A DNA stretch of 64,000 nucleotides, from positions 210,486 to 274,485 of the forward strand of contig JAQGDQ010000251.1 in the NCBI GenBank assembly GCA_030141605.1, written 5' to 3'. Shown piece by piece: positions 53,599 through 64,000 of the stretch (positions are counted from its first letter, which is position 1; every line of letters begins with the position of its first letter). The DNA comes from Tubiluchus corallicola. Taxonomy: Eukaryota > Animalia > Priapulida. The notes beneath the pieces are model-generated. The model made no database searches and was not told where the DNA came from. It worked only from the letters and a program-made list of their open reading frames with translations. Both the position numbers and the translations under genes were made by a program.

Positions 53599-53910
53599 GG
53601 TATTCGAAATTTATCTGTACCATACTAGAATGAGAGTTGGTTTTTGTCAAATTAATTATGATTTGTACCCCAGAAAATGTAAAAATTACGACAGGTCGCT
53701 GGTATCATCTAATTGTCAATGTGGTTCTGCTCATGAAACAGTGGGCCATTACTTAATTAACTGCCCTCTTTACCACCAGGTCAGACACGATTTATTTACA
53801 AATCTCTGCACTCTTTTGTCAGCTTTTAACATCAATGTTTACAGTCTTGCAACAAATGAACTTGTACGTTTGTTCCTGCATGGGAACCATACCCTAGATA
53901 ATTTTGTGAT
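53599..53910 (+). mobile_element. C-terminal part of the CR1-like LINE (CCHC finger)
   Basis: RMRVGFCQINYDL...NCQCGSAHETVGHYLINCPLY...LFLHG. Confidence 0.75.
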
Positions 53911-54192
53911 AATCAAGAAGGACATTAAAACAAAGACACACCAGTGTTTTGTTCTCTACAATGAACACGCAGTAGTATCTGAGACAAACTATGTCCTACA
54001 TGTCAATACAAAGTTAAAAGTGCCTATTTAGAAAATAGTGTGATTAAGTTGGTTTGGTTTCAACGAATTAAAGAGAAGCTGGCATGTTGGAAAAGCAGTT
54101 TTCCGAAATTCGCCTAAATGTACTAAAACTTATGAATATAAGAAACTACTTTGTAATATGCGTCTTTAGTGGCGTAATAAGGTCTAAATCGG

Positions 54193-54467
54193 TAGAAATA
54201 GAGAATCTTGAGTACTCTAGAAATAGAGAATCTTGGGTACTCTAGAAATAGAGAATCTTGGGTACTCTAGAAATAGAGAATCTTGGGTACTCTAGAAATA
54301 GAGAATCTTGTGTACTCTAGAAATAGAGAATCTTGGGTACTCTAGAAATAGAGAACCTTGGGTACTCTAGAAATAGAGAATCTTGGGTACTCTAGAAATA
54401 GAGAATCTTGGGTACTCTAGAAATAGAGAATCTTGGGTACTCTAGAAATAGAGAATCTTGGGTACTC
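54193..54467. repeat. 25-bp minisatellite, 11 copies
   Basis: Unit TAGAAATAGAGAATCTTGGGTACTC. Confidence 0.97.
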
Positions 54468-55002
54468 GGCCAAGCCAAATCTGCAAGTTGGAATAGGTTT
54501 TATCATAGCGATCATAGGAAAATTTTCAGGTAAGTACATAAACTAAAGTGTGATTAAGTTTGCTGATCAGGTCAAGGCCAAAGCAAAATTATATTGAACT
54601 CACTCATCTATTTTATTTCAGCAAGCTGAAGAATAAATGCATTGCAAGAATGTTGGTACTTGATAAGGGACAAGGAATTCTGGAATGATCATGTCAGTAG
54701 ATGAGCAATGGAAAGGGATGATGTCATGAACTGAAGATGAGAACATGAACATCATCGATCCGGTAAGTTTGCATGTCTAGTCATACTTGTTGAGATGTTT
54801 TTAATATTCTGCTATGCGTATCTTCTTGATTTGTCCTGGGTTATTATTATTATTTATATTTATTTTCGTGCATCTTTAATAATTGCATGTGTGCAGAGTT
54901 ATCCATGCAGCTCATATTGAACACTCCCAAGGCAAGAGAAACTACGTTTATATGCATGTTCTGTGTCCTGTCCAGTGCTGTGTCCTCCTGTTTTTGAGCC
55001 AG

Positions 55003-55562
55003 AGTGCAGTCATCAGCAAAGAGAAAATCTTTGAATGTGGTTACATGGGTCTTGGTGGTAGCTTGCAAGCGCCTGGAGTTGAAGAGGCTGCCATCTGTTC
55101 TGTATTTTATCTTAATGCCATCCTGGGTGTTTTCAAAAGCATCATGTAGCATGGCAGAGAACATCATGCTGAAGAGTGTTGGAACAAGTACACAGCCCTG
55201 TTTTACCCCATTTGTTACTTCAAAGGCTTCAGACATGTATCCATCATCTAAGACTCTGACCGTCATGCTTTCATGAAACTACCGCTCAATATCAATAAAC
55301 TTTTTCGGGCATCCATATTTTTCCATGATCTTCCAGAGGCCATTCCTACTGACAGTATCAAAAATCTTGGTGAAGTCTATGAATGTTGTGAAGAGGCTGA
55401 TGTTCTGTTCTTGGCACTTCTCTTGAAGTTGTCTTGCAGCAAAGATCATATCCACCATTCCTCTGCCTGCTCTAAAGCTACACTGGCTCTCTGGGAGGTC
55501 TTTCTCCAGGTGCAACAACAGTCGATTTAGTAGGACACGTGCCAGGATCTTAGCTGCTATGG
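55003..55562 (-). mobile_element. RTE/BovB-like RT fragment (duplicated copy)
   Basis: SIAAKILAR, QCSFRAGRG, DMIFAARQLQEKCQEQ, GVKQGCVLVPTLF, FLFADDC. Confidence 0.9.
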
Positions 55563-57321
55563 AAACATACAATGTAAGTAAATACATATATTTTTTAATT
55601 ATATTGTATTTTTATAATCCAGCAATTTCTTGCAATTTAGTCTAATTAATGCCAACTCTTATTAATTCGATGACTAACGAAGTTTATTTATAACTAGATA
55701 TTGTGTTTAGTAAGATTTAGAACTGCAAAATTAACTATGACAAAATAGACATAATAATTATCAAAAATTATTATTGATATGGAAAATTTTCAGGTAAACA
55801 ACAGGTAAGTACTTAAACTAAAGTGTGGTTAAGTTTGCTGATCAGGTCACGGCCAAAGCAAAATTATATTGAACTTACTCATCTATTTTATTTCAGCAAG
55901 CTGAAGAACAAATGCACTGCAAGAATGTTGGTACTTGGTAAGGGATAAGGAATTCTGGAATGATCACGTCAGTAGATGAGCAGTGGAAAGGGATATATGA
56001 TGTCACGAACTGAACATGAACATCATCGATCCGGTAAGTTTGCATGTCTAGTCATACTTGTTGAGATGTTTTTAATAATGTGCTATGTGGCAGTATCCTC
56101 TTGATTTGTCCTCGGTTTTTATTATTTATACTTATTTTCGTGCATTTTTAATAATTGCATGTGCGCAGAGTTATCTATGCAGCTCATAGTGAACACTCCC
56201 AAAGCAAGAGAAACTACGTTTGTATGCATGTTCTGTGTCCTGTCCAGTGCTGTGTCCTCCTGTTTTTGAGCCAGGACCACAGTTTATGCGATTAAGTGAA
56301 GTCGAGTTTTTGTGCATGGCTGAATGTAAGTTATCACTGACACAGTCAAAAACGCCATCTAGTCTATACCTTATACTGGTCTTGCAGTAGTTATTATTAA
56401 TATTTTCTGAACAGTTTATTGCACAAGCCCCACTTTGCATAGTAAACAATCTTGTTCAGATACATAACTGAATCCTATTGATTTGCCCTAGGTTTCACTT
56501 ATTTAAGATTATGCAATATTTGCAGAATGTTATTGAAATAAATCATTCATTATTGTTTCTCCACTACAACAGCGAATAACTCCAAAACTAGAGTACCTAG
56601 AGTTGCCAAACTTGTACGGTAGACACTAAGGGTAAGGGCTCAGGCAACGGTATAGCCCTGGATCAAAATTCGTGAAGTGGACGAATATTTATTTTCCCCT
56701 GGCTGTATGTGCCCCTTTAGTATTTGAGCTAGGCTGCAATTTATGATGTGTGATTAAGGGTCGACTTACTCTGCACGGCTGAATATGAGATACCAGTGTT
56801 TTTGACACAGTCAAAAACCTCATCTAGTCTATACCTGATACTGGTCTTGCAGTAGTTATTTTTAATATTTTCTGAACAGTATGTTGCACGACTCACACTA
56901 TGTATAGTGAACGATCGTGTTCAGGTACATAACTGAATCTTATTGATTTCTCCCAGGTTTTTATTATTTAGAATATATAATACTTGTTAGCTATAATACT
57001 TCCTAGAAAGAATGTTATTGAAAATCAACTGTTCTGTGGGGGAGTTGGTGTAATTGGAATGTTTAAAGTCTGCAAAAATTGTTTGCTGTTAGATCTGAGC
57101 AAGTTTTTGTAAACCACTATCAATCATAAACTCCAAATAATTTTACTCAGCAGCTTATTATTTTGAAGTTTTATGTGTGATCTCTTTCCACTGAATATTT
57201 TACGAATGCATCACTGCCAAAAACCAGGTATTATCTACCCATCATTGCTTAGTTTACTTTAGTTATTGTAATTTCGTACAAGCATTTAATTTCATAATAT
57301 GTAAATTTGCTTAATGGAAAC

Positions 57322-58843
57322 ATGATGTTCATCCTTCGAATCGAAGATGACCATAGTGACAGGGATAAAGGGTCAGTTTGGGGGGTTGTCATTCCTTTGA
57401 TGAGCTCGAAGTTGACTGACTAGGCCAATTCTGGCCTTGAAACTTCTTTGGCATTTGGCACAGGTGAGGTTGGTTGGGCAGTGTCACATGCCTCGCTTCT
57501 CCTCTGCCTCGTCAATTCTTTTCGCCTCTGCTATCTTAGCACCTAGCACCATGCTGAGCGATCTTGTGCAAGGGTTTCCATTGAGCGGATATCTGCTGAG
57601 CTCCTTGAGTGAGGCCTTCAGGCTGTCTTTGAAGCGTTTCTTTGGTCGTCCAACGTTTCTCTTTCCAGACACAAGTTCTCCATAGAGCATCTTCTTTGGT
57701 ATGCGGTTGTCTGTATTGCGAATCACATGGCCTGCCCACCGAACTTGTGTTTTGAGGAGGAGTGTATGGATGCTGGGGAGGTCAGCTCTTTTAAGTACCT
57801 CTGTGTCTGGCACCTTGTCCTGCCACTTGATGTGCAGGATTTTCCTCAGACAGCCCATGTGAAAGTAGTTAAGCTGTTTTACGTGTCTCCTATATAATGT
57901 CCAGGATTCGCTGGCATAGCGGAGAGTAGTGATGATGACAGCTCTATACACCTTCAATTTTGTGGTGGTTCTGATGCCTCTCCATCCCATACGTTGGAGC
58001 GGAGTCTTCCAAATGAAGCACTAGCCTTGGCAATTCTGTTGTTGATTTCTGTATCGATGTTGGCAGCTGCGGTAAAGGTGCTCCCCAGGTATGTGAAGCT
58101 GTCAACAGAGATAAGTTCTTGACCATTCACTAAGATCTTTGGCTGAATCTGTGGGGCGCCTGGGGCTGGTTAGTACATAACTTCAGTTTTCTTTGTAGAG
58201 ATTCTTAGGCCGTAGTTCTTGCAGACTGATGCAAAGTGGTTCATTTTGTTTTGCATTTCTTCTTGGGAGGTGGCACTGAGAGTTCAGTCACATCAGCAAA
58301 GCGAAAGTCTTTGACTGTGGTTACATGGGTCTTGGTGGTAGCTTGCAAGTGCCTGGAGTTGAAGAGGCCCCCATCTGTTCTGTATTTTATCTTAATGCCA
58401 TCCTGGGTGTTTTAAAAAGCATCATGTAACATGGCAGAGAACATCATGCTGAAGAGTGTTGGAGCGAATACACAGCCCTGTTTTACCCCATTTGTTACTC
58501 AAAGGCTTCAGACATGTATCCATCATCTAGGACTCTGACCATCATGCCTTCATGAAACTACCGCTCAATATCAATAAACTTCTTTGGGCATCCATATTTT
58601 TCCATGATCTTCCAGAGGCCATTCCTACTGACAGTATCAAAAGCCTTGCTGAGGTCTATGAATGTTGTGAAGAGGCTGACGTTCTGTTCTTGGCACTTCT
58701 CTTGAAGTTGTCTTGCAGCAAAGATCATATCCACCATTCCTCTGCCTGCCCTAAAGCCACACTGGTTCTCTGGGAGAAGGTCTTTCTCCGGGTGCAGCAA
58801 CAGTTTATTTAGTAGGACACGTGCCAGGATCTTACCTGCTATG
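57322..58843 (-). mobile_element. 5'-truncated RTE/BovB-like LINE, pseudogenised
   Basis: FIDLSKAFDTV, GVKQGCVFAPTLF, TKLKVYRAV, RWAGHVIR, LYGEL..GKRNVGRPKKRFKD, C2H2-like CAKCQRSFKARIGL; 3' end GGTCATCTTCGATTCGAAGGATGAACATCA. Confidence 0.93.
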
Positions 58844-59199
58844 GAAACATACAATGTAAGTAAATACATATTTTTTTAATTATATCGTATTTTTATAATC
58901 CAGCAATTTCTTGCAATTTAGTCTAATTAATGCCAACTCTTATTAATTCGATGACTAGCGAAGTTTACTTATAACTAGATATTGTGTTTAGCAAGATTTA
59001 GGACTGCAAAATTAACTATGACAAAATACACATAATAATTATCAAAAATTATTATTGATATGGAAAAGTTTATTAGATTGGAGTAAATTTCATTATCTTA
59101 GCGTGATATTAATGGGTTTAATTTGTCGAACTGACGTAATTATCCTTATTGCATTTTTTAGTTAAGTACAAAATTGTAAAGTGACTTTTTCATTTTGCA

Positions 59200-60300
59200 G
59201 ACAGCAGAAAAGTGAGTTGAAATATGGTAGTCATTGATTCTAGTACTGTCATTTATAGTCTTCACTATCAAGAAAATGCGAGCATAGTATGTGGACTAAA
59301 TAAGTCAGGCTTTGATGTAGATTCAGCATTTTAGGAGGCTTACTTGTGTGCTGCTAGAAAAATCACAGCTGAGTTCAAGTTCATTGCTGAGATATCACAA
59401 GATCATTTTGGTAGCCTTACTGTGAAACAGCTGAAAAATAGTTGTAGACAAAAGGGTTGAAAGTCTCTGGAACTAAAATTAAACTAGTTAAAAGGGCCAG
59501 GCACAACCAGCTTCAGAAGTCCACAGTGAAAAGAGTGTGCTCTTCCAATGCAGAAGTCTCACTTACAGATAGCACAAGTCAAGTCTCAACTTCCAGGTTA
59601 AATCATGTCAAATCAAGTCTAAGGTAAAATCAGCTTCTTTATCCCAAAAGGCAGACGTTTTGCAAAGCATTGTTAGAACTAGAGGAAAAGAAGAAAAACC
59701 TTTGCAGGCTGCATCAGTATTTGATGACGAGGAGCAGATTTTGAAGAAAACAAGGCAATACTTGAAAAATAAGATGAAACAATTGGGTACTACTAGAAAA
59801 CAATATCTTATATATCAGAAAATTAAAAATATGAAATAGCATAATTGTGATTATGAACATTCAGGTGCTGGCAGCAGCTTTTTCGATTAATTTCAGGCAG
59901 ACAAGTTGGTGATACCACCTAGTGTCAAAAATTGGATTGAAGAAAATTGGAAACTGAAATAAATGATCAGGCCTATGTCACACCAGCCACAAGGGATGTA
60001 TATGCTGTGGGTGCCATAGTTCTAGAGAATTTCCTGAAAGTGATAGAAAATGATTACTAACAAAATTGTGCTTACATAATGCAGTTTATGCTCAGAAAAA
60101 AATCAGTTACAAAATTGCAAGCAATTTAAGAGCTAAACAAACTAAGTCTGATTCGCAAAGAAGATTTAAGTTTGTTTTAAGCATTTGGGTCACGGAAACC
60201 ACAAAGCTGTTTACTATCATCTTCGTGGATGCAAAAATCAAACTGTAAAAAGAAGCACTCAGTCTTACTAGGTGAGGATTTTTCTTCATGACAGAAAACA
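59200..60300 (+). pseudogene. Decayed coding sequence containing a SAP domain (possibly transposon-derived)
   Basis: 59413-59495 reads SLTVKQLKNSCRQKG / KVSGTKIKLVKR across a 1-nt frameshift, fitting the SAP consensus LTVxxLKxxxRxxGLxxSGxKxxLxxR. The surrounding purine-rich, ORF-like sequence is broken by stops. Confidence 0.55.
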
Positions 60301-60328
60301 AGACCGCAGAAGAGTAACAATTAGAAGT

Positions 60329-60980
60329 CAAGAATACAATGTGTTACATTTGATAGCAGCCAAGAATACAATGTGTTACATTTGATAGCAGCCAAGAATA
60401 CAATGTGTTACATTTGATAGCAGCCAAGAAGACAATGTGTTACATTTGATAGCAGCCAAGAAGACAATGTGTTACATTTGATAGCAGCCAAGAAGACAAT
60501 GTGTTACATTTGATAGCAGCCAAGAAGACAATGTGTTACATTTGATAGCAGCCAAGAAGACAATGTGTTACATTTGATAGCAGCCAAGAAACAATGTGTT
60601 ACATTTGATAGCAGCCAAGAAACAATGTGTTACATTTGATAGCAGCCAAGAAGACAATGTGTTACATTTGATAGCAGCCAAGAAGACAATGTGTTACATT
60701 TGATAGCAGCCAAGAAGACAATGTGTTACATTTGATAGCAGCCAAGAAGACAATGTGTTACATTTGATAGCAGCCAAGAAGACAATGTGTTACATTTGAT
60801 AGCAGCCAAGAAGACAATGTGTTACATTTGATAGCAGCCAAGAAGACAATGTGTTACATTTGATAGCAGCCAAGAAGACAATGTGTTACATTTGATAGCA
60901 GCCAAGAAGACAATGTGTTACATTTGATAGCAGCCAAGAAGACAATGTGTTACATTTGATAGCAGCCAAGAAGACAATGT
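60329..60980. repeat. 32-bp minisatellite, ~20 copies
   Basis: Unit CAAGAAGACAATGTGTTACATTTGATAGCAGC. Confidence 0.97.
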
Positions 60981-61779
60981 AGTTTTACCTTTTGTGTTAA
61001 TGCATGACTGAGAGAAGCAGTAAGTAAATGAATTGTAAATGGAAATGCTCTGTGACGTCGCATTTAAGGGGGCAGTATAGGGAATTTTGCCAGGTATCTT
61101 GTTGGTTACTTGACTATGACCATTCACCTGTACTTATCTGTATTTACTTGGGCAAGGCTGTTGGTTGACTTTGATAACATTGACAGGTTTCATTACATTA
61201 GTAATAATAAATATAGTTTTCATAGCACAACAGTGTTGCATTTTGTTAGACACATCGGTAAGTAGAAAATTTGTGAGATGTAAGTAGTAACTTTTTCCTA
61301 CTTCATTTTGGATAATTGTAAACTAATAATTTGGTGGTCTTTAGTTTAATTAATGTCAACTCTTATTATTTCGACAAAATCTCATGTAAGTTAATAGAGT
61401 GACAGATTAGATTGATTTATAACTACATAATGTGTTCGGCAAAATTTAGGGCTGCAAAATTAACGAAAACAAAATTGACAAAATATTATTGGTAGGGAGA
61501 AGTTACTTAATTAAACAGAACAAATTAGCAATTGAACTGCCTTGTGTGCTGGCTAGGCTTTTCTACATGTGTATGTTTTCGGTCCTTATGGAAATTAGCT
61601 TACTTCAGTAAATAAATGCAAGAGTGAGAAGAGTATTATCTTGCTGTTGTCATTGGTAAAGCCTGCCAAGTCATATTAATCAGCATTTGCCTTTTAATAA
61701 TAATAAAATTTTTGCTATGTACTGCATGGGCTTTCTCTTTTCTTGATTCATTACTGATGTGCTATACTCGAAGCTAAGT

Positions 61780-62110
61780 TAATAAGGCTTGACATCCCCA
61801 AGGCATTTGGTAAGTCTATCAGAGATGCTATCATGAAATACATAAGCAATTTTCTAAGCCTGCTTTTGTGCCAAGTTTTGTTTAGCTCTTCTAAGTAGGC
61901 GCTTGTACGCTGCTGAGGTTATATTCCGAAATCTTGAAAATCAAAGAGTTTGTCAATATAATGATAGTATTGAAGATTTGAAGCATGTGTTGCTCATTTT
62001 ATGATCGAGAAAGAGAGAAGATAAATTAGCAAGGAAATACTGCAGAGGAGAAAATTAACTGGTTGTTATTTGGAGACAATCTTAATGATGGTAAAAACTT
62101 TCTTTATGAA
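61780..62110 (+). mobile_element. Heavily decayed LINE C-terminal fragment
   Basis: RNLENQRVCQYNDSIEDLKHVLL resembles the 'RxC..C..IEDxxHxLL' finger. Confidence 0.4.
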
Positions 62111-62924
62111 ATAAGGAAAAAGATAATATTCGTGTATAGTTTGACGGTGCTGGTTAATGTGATAGCCGATTGATAGCTTTTTTTGGCAACTTACTCTGAG
62201 ATAAACGTGTCAAAAGCACTGAGCCCGAATCTAAACCTGAAAACTAAGCAGTCAGAAGTGATGGTTACGGGCATAGACAATGTTGATCCAGACACTGGTA
62301 CGTGATGCTCTTACGACTACAACAGTAGATACTAATTCTACTCATATTTCTATGACTGGTGACGTGACGGAGGCAGTCCAAGTGATGATCAGGGCTATTT
62401 GACAGGGTTATAGTTTTGGAAATGTGGTAAAACAATGAAAGTAATATGCATGGAAAGAATGTGCAGAATTTAGAACTAAATAGCAAAAATACAGATGTGG
62501 TGACCTCCACATGAAACAACAACTTAATAGGATCTTAGCTTAGTGATGCAAAATTGACTAAATCTTTTCTGCTGAACACTAAAATCAAAAATGCGGAAAA
62601 AACTGAAGCTGCAAACATTCAAAAAATAAAAATATCCACAGAAACATTAACTGTGGATGATTCCCCAGCCACAAATCTAAAGGTGTTTTCCTGTAACGGG
62701 ATATACCCAGGATATACCTGAATGAACTGACAACATTGTACAATCGCAATATCAATAGAAAAAATGGGAAAACTTCATCACAAGATGTGAAGTCAATGAC
62801 GCAAGATTACACATTCAGCAGAAACATAACCAGGCACTCACCTCAACGCTCACCTCAAGTTTATAATAAGGCTGTGCTGGGTTTGAAGCTGGACAGACAA
62901 GATATCGAGCTTTTAGGCAATTGA

Positions 62925-63600
62925 CGTCACATATATTGGTCTATCGCTCCGCCTCCACTGTGATGTAAGCATACCCAGCGGGTTTCAGGACAACACCAGA
63001 TACTGGATAACAATTGTCAGTAAACTAAACAACACGACAGTCACAAATAATATCTAACCAGCAAATAAACTGATTTCACTATTTCATAAACACAAATTTG
63101 CAGAGCAGCAGCTGTTTTTACATAAAATTAACACCTCAAGTAGGGAAAAATGACTTTTCAATGTAAACAAAATGTAGAGACGAAGTTTCAAAGCACTACA
63201 AAATACAGAGACATAAGTATAATAAAGAAACTAAGCCAGTTTGCCTTGCTTTACAATAAATAAGCAACAAATATATTGTGTCTCTTGCGTTTGAACACAC
63301 AAACACCATGTATTTTTTCTATATTAATTGATCATGTGCTCGTCTGCAAGATTTACTCAGTTTTTGCATTTTTCCATTCGTTAGGCTATGCAAATGGAAT
63401 AAATTTGATTGCTCCATTCCATCAGCAACCCTTACATTGAATGCCCAAATTACACATGTCCCAATGGCATGTTTTAACCAGGATTATAACCAGAAAAATA
63501 GGGTAAAATTAACTAATATTACATTGATGTATAATATTTGTTTTGACCATATTTGACTTAATTTTGAAGATCTCATTGAGGTTTATAAAAACTGCCCAGA
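62925..63600 (+). repeat. Dispersed ~600-bp repeat, copy 2 (copy 1 at 32160-32740)
   Basis: Long shared blocks with the 32.2 kb copy. Confidence 0.75.
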
Positions 63601-64000
63601 AAAGAAATCATTTTGCCTGAAAAATTCTGAAAACCTTTTGCCTAAGTATGAGGTTACTACGGATGTGCTGGCTTAGTCATAATCATGACAGTCGTTACGG
63701 ATTCCCATGGATGGGTTCAGGCCTGCAGCTAGGTCTCAGCAGACCAAGGCCATCTAGCTTATTTTCTACAACATGCGCAAATCTATTTAGAGATGCAGGT
63801 TACCGTTCAATCATTTATGCTTGCCAACTTGGGCTTCAATGATCTGAAGTTATTAATTTCTTCTCAGCTCTAATAATAAATAATTTCTGTCTCAAGTAAG
63901 GTCTAATATGTTTAGTTTTACTTAAATTACTTGGTATATCATATGACTCATATTTACATCGTGGTAGTGACCATTTATCATTCCACCATGTCGTGCCATG

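Larger units (their letters stand above)
54517..59067. repeat. Tandem segmental duplication (54517-55786 and 55781-59067)
   Basis: 54517-55002 matches 55781-56274; 55003-55786 matches 58281-59067. Confidence 0.9.

Noticed and set aside
54215-54460. CTAGAAATAG similarity to the sgRNA scaffold loop
   Set aside because: Only ~10 nt match with no other scaffold sequence; coincidental.
54883-58812. Plus-strand ORFs over the RTE copies
   Set aside because: Antisense shadows of the minus-strand RT frame.
46783-60980. CRISPR arrays (repeat lengths of 25-34 bp with palindromes)
   Set aside because: Units are head-to-tail with no unique spacers, there are no cas genes, and the context is a eukaryotic intron-containing genome.

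Overview
AT-rich, intron-rich animal (invertebrate) genomic DNA; not prokaryotic. From 0.4-11.9 kb (+) lie the last 12 coding exons of a single-pass receptor with an RPTP-type membrane-proximal FN3-like domain and a catalytically dead tyrosine-kinase domain, most similar to arthropod Wsck; its 5' end is outside the window. From 13.9-25.8 kb (+) lies a complete cystathionine gamma-lyase (CTH) gene with 11 coding exons. I can find no intact conventional protein gene from 26-64 kb. That region holds decayed LINEs (CR1-like, RTE/BovB-like, L2/Crack-like), SINEs, MITEs, HINE-like repeats, three minisatellites (34, 25 and 32 bp), a microhomology-bounded tandem duplication and a SAP-domain pseudogene. 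The least explained signal is a family of about 8 same-strand cassettes at 34-50 kb. Each carries a CRE-like TGAC(G/A)TCATAAAC motif and/or an RFX X-box-like TAGCAAC half-site, followed by short exon-like segments with GT donors. One copy could encode an Arg/Lys-rich, protamine-like peptide. All calls come from manual reading; no database search was run.
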